Shown: positions 57,525-64,000 of the stretch, piece after piece
Layout: every line of letters begins with the position of its first letter
Numbering within the stretch: the first letter of the stretch is position 1
Origin: Solirubrobacterales bacterium
GTDB taxonomy: Bacteria > Actinomycetota > Thermoleophilia > Solirubrobacterales > JACPNS01
Length of the DNA stretch: 64,000 nt
Assembly: GCA_051306435.1 (NCBI GenBank)
Contig: JBPPNF010000040.1
Coordinates: forward strand, 5,958 to 69,957
Direction of reading: 5' to 3'
Translations under genes and position numbers: made by a program
Notes under the pieces: model-generated
Seen by the model: the letters and a program-made list of their open reading frames with translations, nothing else
Database searches by the model: none
What the model was told of the DNA's origin: nothing

Positions 57525-59066
57525 TCAGACGGCAACGGCCTCTGGCTGCTCCGCGGCGGGCGCATCGCCGGCCAGGTGGGCAAACTTCAACTTGCCGTCG
57601 TCAAGCGCAGAACGGTTGAAATCGAGGAAGTCCTGGTGGTAGGTCATGCGCATCTTCCACGGTGCCTTCGAGCCGGCCTTGGGGAACTGATCCATCGCGC
57701 GCAAGACGTATCCGGCCGGGAAGTCGAGCAGCGGCTCGAGCCTCAGGTCCGGATCGTCGTTGTGCGCAGTGAAGGTGTCGTAGCCGTTCTCGTCCATGTG
57801 CTTGAGCACGCGGCACGTGAACTCGGCAACCAGATCCGCCTTCAGCGTCCAGGAGGCATTGGTGTACCCGATCGTGAAGACAAAGTTCGGCACGTCAGAG
57901 AGCATGCATCCGCGGTAGACGATCGTCTCTGAAGGATCGCCGACGACGCCGTCGATCGAGACTTCCACGCCACCGAGCGGGATCAGGTCGAGGCCCGTCG
58001 CGGTGATCACGATGTCGGCCGGGAGCTGCGCGCCGGACTTCAGCGTGATGCCGTTCTCGGTGAAGGTCTCGATGTGGCCGGTCGCGATCGCCGCCTTGCC
58101 ATGACGCAGCGCGCGGAAGACATCGCCGCTGGGCACAGCGCAGAGGCGCTGGTCCCAGGGGTTGTACGGGGGGTTGAAGTCTGTGTCGACGTCCACTGCG
58201 GAACCCACGGTCTGCCTGCGGATTCCCGTCATCAGCAGCTTGCGCGAAGCGTTGGGGAAGCGGCGGCAGAAGTGGTAGAAAACCAGCGTCTGCGTGGCGT
58301 TCTTCCAGCGCGTCGCCGCGTAGCCGCGCTGCTCGCCGAGCAGGCGGTAGAGGAAGCTCGCGATCGGGTCCTTCTCGGGGAGCGACAGCAGGTATGTCGG
58401 GGTGCGCTGGAGCATCGTGACCTTCTCGGCCTTGTCGGTCATCGCCGGGAGGATCGTCACGGCCGTCGCGCCGCTGCCGATGATCACCACGCGCTTGCCC
58501 TCGTAGTCGAGATCCTCGGGCCAGAACTGCGGCCGGACGACCTGGCCCTTGAAGTTCTCGATGCCCGGGAACTCAGGGGAGTGACCCTGGTCGTAGCGGT
58601 AGTAGCCGGTGTTGCCGTACAGAAAGCTGCAGGTGACCTCACTGTGCTCGCCGCTCTTCGCGTCTTCAAGAGTGACCGTCCAGCGCGCGTCTGCGGTCGA
58701 GAAATCGGCCGCCACGACCTTCTTGCCGTAACGGATGTGCTGATCCACGCCGGTCTCGGAGGCAGCCTCCTGGAGGTACTCGAGGATCGACGGGCCGTCG
58801 GCGATCGATTTTGCGTTCGTCCAGGGCTTGAACTTGTAGCCGAGCGTGTACATGTCGGAGTCCGAGCGAACACCGGGGTAACGGAACAGGTCCCAGGTGC
58901 CGCCGAGCGCATCGCGCATCTCGACGATCAGGAACGACTTGCCCGGGAGCTCGGCCTGAAGGTGGCGCGCCGCGCCGATTCCGGAGAGACCGGCACCGAT
59001 GATCAGAACGTCGACGTGATTGACGGACTCGGCTGTCTGGGGGGACTCGGCTGCGACTGCTGACAT
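57525..59066 (-). CDS. FAD-dependent Baeyer-Villiger-type monooxygenase (EthA-like)
   Basis: 513 aa. Carries GAGLSGIGAA, FKGQVVRPQFWPEDLDYEGKRVVIIGSGATA, and a C-terminal region as in EthA-type flavin monooxygenases. Confidence 0.88.
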   Translation of the reverse strand: MSAVAAESPQTAESVNHVDVLIIGAGLSGIGAARHLQAELPGKSFLIVEMRDALGGTWDLFRYPGVRSDSDMYTLGYKFKPWTNAKSIADGPSILEYLQEAASETGVDQHIRYGKKVVAADFSTADARWTVTLEDAKSGEHSEVTCSFLYGNTGYYRYDQGHSPEFPGIENFKGQVVRPQFWPEDLDYEGKRVVIIGSGATAVTILPAMTDKAEKVTMLQRTPTYLLSLPEKDPIASFLYRLLGEQRGYAATRWKNATQTLVFYHFCRRFPNASRKLLMTGIRRQTVGSAVDVDTDFNPPYNPWDQRLCAVPSGDVFRALRHGKAAIATGHIETFTENGITLKSGAQLPADIVITATGLDLIPLGGVEVSIDGVVGDPSETIVYRGCMLSDVPNFVFTIGYTNASWTLKADLVAEFTCRVLKHMDENGYDTFTAHNDDPDLRLEPLLDFPAGYVLRAMDQFPKAGSKAPWKMRMTYHQDFLDFNRSALDDGKLKFAHLAGDAPAAEQPEAVAV

Positions 59067-59116
59067 GGGGAAGGGCTCCTTCAGAAAAGTGACGGTGCGA
59101 CCACTTTATCAACATG

Positions 59117-59165
59117 GTGTCGAGTTTGTCAACCCCTTGTTGAAAATTTCGACACGGTGTATAGT
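59117..59165. promoter_or_regulatory. nested palindromic operator plus candidate promoter in the monooxygenase/TetR divergent intergenic region
   Basis: GTGTCGA (59117-59123) pairs with TCGACAC (59149-59155), and TCAAC (59129-59133) with GTTGA (59139-59143), all centred on 59136. TTGTTG (59137-59142), a 17-bp spacer and TATAGT (59160-59165) would put a transcription start near the ATG at 59172, giving a possibly leaderless mRNA. Confidence 0.4.
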
Positions 59166-59171
59166 GAGTGC

Positions 59172-59828
59172 ATGGCGCCGCCCACAAGGACCCCCGAGCG
59201 CGGCCGCCGCGCAAAACGCCCGACCGGCGATGCGCGCGAGCTGCTGATCCGCGAGACGCTCGAGTCGCTGCTCGAGACCAAAAGCTTCCACGAGATCTCG
59301 ATCGACGATCTCGCCAAGGGAGCCGGGATCTCCCGCCCCAGCTTCTACTTCTACTTCGAGTCCAAAGAGGCCGTGCTGCTCGCGCTGCTGGACACGATCG
59401 TCAGCCAGGCCGACGCCGCGAGCGATGCCGCCCAGGCGGCGCTCGACCAGGACCCGGCGCATTTCCTGCGCGATGCGCTGACGGCCTACTTCCACTACTT
59501 CGGCGCGCACCGCGCGGTTTCGGTGGCCGGCACAGAGGCGGGCGCAGGCAATCCCAGGGTGCGCACGCTCTGGAATCAGGTTCGCGAGCGCTGGGTCGCG
59601 GCCGCCACCGCCGGGATCGAAGCCGAACGCGCACGCGGATCCGCCCCGGACGGCCCACCTGCACGCGACCTCGCGATCGCCCTGATCAACATGAACGAGG
59701 GCGTGCTCTTCTCGGCCTTCGCCGGCGAGCAGCCGGCGATCGTGGGGGATCACGTCGTTGATGTCCTGACCGACGTGTGGCTCAAGGCGATCTACGACGG
59801 TCGACCGCCCGAGGCCACGCAGACCTAG
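59172..59828 (+). CDS. TetR/AcrR family transcriptional regulator (EthR-like arrangement)
   Basis: HTH ISIDDLAKGAGISRPSFYFYFESKEAVL. ATG at 59172 is preferred over the ORF-track GTG at 59157. Confidence 0.88.
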   Translation: MAPPTRTPERGRRAKRPTGDARELLIRETLESLLETKSFHEISIDDLAKGAGISRPSFYFYFESKEAVLLALLDTIVSQADAASDAAQAALDQDPAHFLRDALTAYFHYFGAHRAVSVAGTEAGAGNPRVRTLWNQVRERWVAAATAGIEAERARGSAPDGPPARDLAIALINMNEGVLFSAFAGEQPAIVGDHVVDVLTDVWLKAIYDGRPPEATQT

Positions 59829-59853
59829 GATTGGCAGACCTAGGATTGAGCGG

Positions 59854-62160
59854 GTGCCGAGCGCCCGCTTTGAGAACCTCTTCGCAGCAGCCCAGGACGA
59901 GCCGAATGAACAGCTCGTCAAACTCGCGCACGAATCGGGCCAGTCGCCATTCCTGGTCGATCTCCCGGACGAGTTGAACCCGCGCATCGCCGCGGCACTC
60001 GCTGCGACCGGGATAAGCCAGCTCTACGGCCACCAGCTCCAGTGCTTTGACGAGGCGATGGGTGTCGGCGATTCGCCCGGCGGGAACGTCATCGTCACGA
60101 CCGGCACGGCGAGTGGCAAGTCGCTCTGCTTCAACCTGCCGGTTCTGCACACGCTGGCATCGGATTCAAAGGCCCGCGCGCTCTATCTTTATCCGACCAA
60201 GGCGCTGGCGCAGGATCAGGCCAGGAAGCTCGGGCAGCTCGGCAGCGCGATCGAGCAGCAGGCTCGCGGCCGAACGGCAGCGCTGCGTCACGCGATCTAC
60301 GACGGCGACACGCCGAGCGGAGAACGCCGCTCGATCCGTGAGCGCAGCAACCTCGTGCTCAGCAACCCGGACATGCTCAACCAGGGCGTCCTGCCGAACC
60401 ACCGCCAGTGGGCCGACTTCTTCGCCAGCCTCGCGTGGATCGTGGTTGATGAGGCGCATGTCTATCGCGGCGTCTTCGGCTCGCACGTGGCCAACGTTCT
60501 GCGCAGGCTGCGCCGGATCGCCGCGGCCTACGGCACGCAGCCGCGGATCATCATGACCAGCGCCACGATCGCCAACCCGCTGCAGCTTGCCGAGCGCCTC
60601 GCGGGCGAGAAATTCCAACTGGTCGATCGTGACAGCGGCCCCCACCCCGACCGCCAGATCGCGATCTGGAACACGCCGCTGCTCGACGAGAAGTCCGGCG
60701 TGCGTGGGAGCGCGCTCGGCGAGGCGGCTTCGATGCTCGTGAAGCTCGTGCGCGCCGACATCCGCACGATCGTCTTCATGAAGTCGCGACGCGGAGTCGA
60801 GCTGATCCACCGCTTCGCCACCGACGCGCTCGCTGACCGGCCGGACCTCGCCGAAGCCGTGATGCCCTACCGCGCCGGCTACACCGCAGCCCAGCGCCGC
60901 GAGATCGAACAACGGCTCTCGAGCGGCGAGCTGAAGGCCGTCGTCGCGACCAGCGCGCTGGAGCTGGGGATCGACATCGGCGCACTCGACGCGGCGCTGG
61001 TCACGACGTTTCCCGGCACCGTCGCGTCGCTGCGCCAGATGTGGGGCCGCGCCGGCCGCGACCATGAGGGCCTCGCGGTCTACATCGCCGGTGAGGACGC
61101 TCTGGACCAGTTCTTCTGCCGCCACCCGGATGAGTTCCTGGAGCGCCCGGTCGAAGCGGCGATCCTCGATCCGTGGAACGAATCGGTGCACCTGCGGCAC
61201 CTGCACGCGGCGGTCTATGAGCTTCCGCTGCGACCCGCCGACGCCGAGTTCTTCGGCGAGTCGGTGACCGCGTTTGCGCAGCAGCTGGTGGCCGCCGGAG
61301 CAGTCCGTGAAGAGAACGGCCGCTGGCTTCCACGCGGCGAGGACTATCCGGCGGCGCGCATCGCACTGCGCTCGGCCGGCGCCGACAACTTTCACATCGT
61401 CGACTCCGAGAGCGGCGAGGTGATCGGCACCGTCGAGGCCGAGCGCGCCTTCACCACCGCGCACCCCGGGGCGGTCTACCTGCACATCGGTCGCCAGTAC
61501 GAGATCGACGAGCTCGACGTGAACTCGCGCACGGTCGTGGCACGGCCGTTCACGGGCGACTGGTACACCCAGCCCAAATTCGAGACCGACACATTCATCG
61601 AGCAGGTGATCGAGTCGCGGCCGATCGCCGCAGGGACTTTGAACTTCGGTCACGTCTCGGTCAGCGAGGAGGTGATCGGCTACCAGCGCAAGTCGATCAG
61701 CGACCACGAGACGCTCGCGCTCGAAGCGCTCGATCTGCCGCCCCAGCACTTCATGACGCAGGCGCTCTGGTACACGCTCGACGATGTCGAGCCCGGCGGC
61801 GAGCTGCCGCTGGATGTTCTCCAGGGATCGCTGCACGCCGCCGAGCACGCGCAGATCGCGGTGTTGCCACTGATCGCGATGTGCGACCGCTGGGACATCG
61901 GCGGCCTCTCGACGGCGTTCCATCCGCAGACCGGGAAGCCGACGATCTTCATCTACGACGGTCACCCCGGAGGCGTGGGGATCACGGAGCGCGGCTACCA
62001 GCAGTTCGAACGCCTGACCGCCGATGCGATGCGTCTGATCGGCGAATGCAAGTGCGAGAGCGGCTGCCCGAGCTGCGTCCAGAGTCCGAAGTGCGGCAAC
62101 CTCAATGAGCCGCTGCACAAAGCCGGCGCGCGAAAGCTGCTCGGCTCCCTGACCGACTGA
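59854..62160 (+). CDS. DEAD/DEAH-box helicase with C-terminal DUF1998/MrfA Zn-binding domain (MrfA/YprA-like)
   Basis: 768 aa. Carries TGTASGKSLCFNLP and VVDEAHVYRG, helicase C motifs, and a C-terminal four-Cys cluster CKCESGCPSCVQSPKCGN. Confidence 0.88.
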   Translation: MPSARFENLFAAAQDEPNEQLVKLAHESGQSPFLVDLPDELNPRIAAALAATGISQLYGHQLQCFDEAMGVGDSPGGNVIVTTGTASGKSLCFNLPVLHTLASDSKARALYLYPTKALAQDQARKLGQLGSAIEQQARGRTAALRHAIYDGDTPSGERRSIRERSNLVLSNPDMLNQGVLPNHRQWADFFASLAWIVVDEAHVYRGVFGSHVANVLRRLRRIAAAYGTQPRIIMTSATIANPLQLAERLAGEKFQLVDRDSGPHPDRQIAIWNTPLLDEKSGVRGSALGEAASMLVKLVRADIRTIVFMKSRRGVELIHRFATDALADRPDLAEAVMPYRAGYTAAQRREIEQRLSSGELKAVVATSALELGIDIGALDAALVTTFPGTVASLRQMWGRAGRDHEGLAVYIAGEDALDQFFCRHPDEFLERPVEAAILDPWNESVHLRHLHAAVYELPLRPADAEFFGESVTAFAQQLVAAGAVREENGRWLPRGEDYPAARIALRSAGADNFHIVDSESGEVIGTVEAERAFTTAHPGAVYLHIGRQYEIDELDVNSRTVVARPFTGDWYTQPKFETDTFIEQVIESRPIAAGTLNFGHVSVSEEVIGYQRKSISDHETLALEALDLPPQHFMTQALWYTLDDVEPGGELPLDVLQGSLHAAEHAQIAVLPLIAMCDRWDIGGLSTAFHPQTGKPTIFIYDGHPGGVGITERGYQQFERLTADAMRLIGECKCESGCPSCVQSPKCGNLNEPLHKAGARKLLGSLTD

Positions 62161-62257
62161 GCGTTGCAAAACCACTCGCACCGAACATCGGACCGCGACC
62201 CGGTGCCGAAATGTTGGTTAGGTCAAAGAGGGCCGCGCAAGCGCGGCGGGGATATTC

Positions 62258-63277
62258 ATGACGATTTCGACGTCCACGCTCGCCAGATCGCTCGCATTGT
62301 TTGCGCTGCTGATCGCTGCCTGCGCGCCGCAGGCCTTCGCGGGATCCGGCGGGGCCACCCCCACCGGACCGAGCAAGCCTTCCGGCACGAGTGGCGGCAC
62401 CTCCCTGGGGGGCACGACCGAAGCCCAGCGCAAAGCGAAGAAGAAGCGCGCCGAGGCGAAGCGGACGCCGGTGCTCGTGACCTTCAAGCTCGGCGAGGCG
62501 GCGATCGCCGGGTCGTCCGAGCTGACGTTGAACTACCGCATCACCGCGCCAGCAAGGCGCGTGCGAGTGCGCGCACTCGTGCGAACCGCAGCCGGCGCGT
62601 ACGTGAAGACCATTCAACTCGGCCTGCATCGAACGAAGGTCGCGCAGAAGAAGCGCCTGAGCGCACGCGCGCTCGGGGTCAGTCGCGCCGGTTCCTACAG
62701 GCTGCGGCTGACCGCTCGCGACGGTGCCGGCCGCGCAGCTGCGCGCGCGAAGAAGATCCCCGCGTGGCGCGCCTTCACATACACCGACCACCGCTTCCCG
62801 CTCACCGGATCGTTCAGCTTCGGCAGTGACGGCGCGCGCTTCGGCGCAGGTCGCCCCGGCCACACCCACCAGGGTCAGGACGTGGTGGCAGATTCCGGGA
62901 CGCCGATCGTCGCCCCGTACGGCGGGGTGATCAGCTACGTCGCATTCCAGGCGGAGGCGGCGGGGTACTACGTCGTGCTGAAGGCGGACGACGGCCGCGA
63001 CTACGTCTTCATGCACCTGCTCAAGCACTCGACGACCGTCAGGACCGGCCAACGCGTATCGACCGGTCAGCGGCTGGGCAGGGTCGGTTCGACCGGTCGA
63101 TCCAGCGGCCCGCACCTGCACTTTGAGATCTGGATCGACGGTCCGTGGCAGTTCGGAGGCCGTCCGGTCGATCCACTGCCGTTGCTGAAGTCGTGGCTCG
63201 CCAGTGGTCCCGGGGGCGCAGTACGCACAAGCTCGATCGCCGGCTCTTCCTGGACCGGCGAGGAACCGCTCGACTGA
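62258..63277 (+). CDS. M23 family metallopeptidase (peptidoglycan endopeptidase) with N-terminal Ig-like domain
   Basis: Signal peptide LALFALLIAACAPQAFA. HTHQGQDV (HxxxD) and GPHLHFEI (HxH). Confidence 0.9.
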   Translation: MTISTSTLARSLALFALLIAACAPQAFAGSGGATPTGPSKPSGTSGGTSLGGTTEAQRKAKKKRAEAKRTPVLVTFKLGEAAIAGSSELTLNYRITAPARRVRVRALVRTAAGAYVKTIQLGLHRTKVAQKKRLSARALGVSRAGSYRLRLTARDGAGRAAARAKKIPAWRAFTYTDHRFPLTGSFSFGSDGARFGAGRPGHTHQGQDVVADSGTPIVAPYGGVISYVAFQAEAAGYYVVLKADDGRDYVFMHLLKHSTTVRTGQRVSTGQRLGRVGSTGRSSGPHLHFEIWIDGPWQFGGRPVDPLPLLKSWLASGPGGAVRTSSIAGSSWTGEEPLD

Positions 63278-63306
63278 TTTCCACGGCCGCCTAGGCTTGC
63301 CATCCA

Positions 63307-63801
63307 ATGGCGATCCTCCGACCTGAGCAGCCCGGCGACGAGGCCGAGATCGCGGCGATCCACGTGGCGGCTTTCGCCGACGCCTCCGAGGCCGAACTCG
63401 TTTCGCGCCTCCGCGTCAGCGACGTCTGGGTGCCTGGGCTCAGTCTGCTCGTGCAGCAGGAGGAGCAGATCGTCGCCCACGCGCTGCTGAGTCAGGTCGT
63501 GGCCGGCGAGTCAGAAGCGCTTGTCCTCGGCCCGATCGCGATCCTCCCCGATCACCAGCGCGGAGGGCTTGGCACTGCGCTCGTGCGGATGGGGCTCGAA
63601 CGCGCCCGGGTGCTGAAGTACGAATGCGTCGTGGCGATCGGCCCCGGAGACTTCCTCGCCAGCTGCGGCTTCCGCCCGGCGCGCGGTCGCGGACTGACGA
63701 TCGAGATGGAAGTTCCGGACGCAAACTTCTGCGTCGCGGAGCTTGCGCCGATGGGGGTCACCCCCGGCCCGGTGCTGTTTCCGGAAGAATGGACTGCATG
63801 A
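63307..63801 (+). CDS. GNAT family N-acetyltransferase
   Basis: 164 aa. Acetyl-CoA motif PDHQRGGLGTALV. Confidence 0.85.
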   Translation: MAILRPEQPGDEAEIAAIHVAAFADASEAELVSRLRVSDVWVPGLSLLVQQEEQIVAHALLSQVVAGESEALVLGPIAILPDHQRGGLGTALVRMGLERARVLKYECVVAIGPGDFLASCGFRPARGRGLTIEMEVPDANFCVAELAPMGVTPGPVLFPEEWTA

Positions 63802-64000
63802 GAGTTCATCGACTGCTGATTCCCGTCGCAACGATCTGCTGCACTCTGCTCGTGGCAACCACAGCGCAGGCCGCCAGCGGCTCGTTCAAAGTCAGCGTCA
63901 GCGGTACCCAGAGCTACAGCTGGTCCTTGGACGGCGTCACCAACACCTGCGAAGTCAAGCGCGGCGCCGGTTCCGGCACGAGCAAGTTCTCGTTCAAGTC
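63798..64000 (+). CDS. secreted hypothetical protein, 5' part (runs off window)
   Basis: ATGA overlap with the GNAT stop. Hand translation: MRVHRLLIPVATICCTLLVATTAQAASGSFKVSVSG..., with a clear signal peptide. Confidence 0.5.
   Translation, partial: MRVHRLLIPVATICCTLLVATTAQAASGSFKVSVSGTQSYSWSLDGVTNTCEVKRGAGSGTSKFSFK

Noticed and set aside
59854-62160. The DUF1998 helicase as the core of a DISARM- or Druantia-like defence system.
   Set aside because: The helicase and DUF1998 are fused in the housekeeping MrfA/YprA layout. No methyltransferase, PLD, DUF4338 or other large partner genes flank it.

Overview
This is a high-GC, very gene-dense bacterial chromosomal segment with about 65 protein-coding genes and one tRNA. 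I found no rRNA, CRISPR array, prophage or recognisable multi-gene defence island. The gene content and two lineage-typical protein families (a delta-60-repeat secreted protein, and membrane-anchored proteins with a KNSVGxKQLKKNAVT motif) suggest Actinomycetota, perhaps Thermoleophilia-like. That placement is inference only.

Gene order:
- hicAB toxin-antitoxin pair
- metG-tatD-rsmA-ispE, followed by a DedA::PAP2 fusion and a small membrane protein, all apparently translationally coupled
- PucR-type regulator, a decayed SRPBCC gene, recQ
- lemA plus a DUF3137-like gene, then a DEAD-box helicase with a long leader and tRNA-Gln(UUG) upstream
- amidase, a decayed VOC gene, a lower-GC flavodoxin-like reductase and the delta-60-repeat secreted protein
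- glmU-prs, then a haloalkane-dehalogenase-like hydrolase
- an exopolysaccharide/O-antigen-like cluster (GT4, O-antigen-ligase::TPR, WbaP-type priming transferase, UDP-glucuronate decarboxylase) interrupted by a single RayT/IS200-like Y1 transposase with a palindromic element upstream
- a fragmented paralog locus
- propionate and central-metabolism genes: a B12-domain-less acyl-CoA mutase, pccB, a biotin carboxylase/BCCP subunit and sucCD
- a BacNav-like voltage-gated channel with an atypical selectivity filter
- a complete sulfate assimilation operon (sir-cysH-cysC-sat-tauE)
- a glucosylglycerate cluster (gpgS, a HAD phosphatase, glycerate kinase)
- an EthA/EthR-like divergent pair
- an MrfA/YprA-like helicase, an M23 peptidase and a GNAT

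I did not find a convincing new multi-gene system. The most interesting items are the DedA::PAP2 fusion coupled to ispE, the channel filter variant, the lone RayT with a REP-like palindrome, the cluster of decayed or interrupted genes, and the unusually tight or overlapping convergent stop codons. Every functional call comes from reading motifs in the supplied translations. No database search was run.
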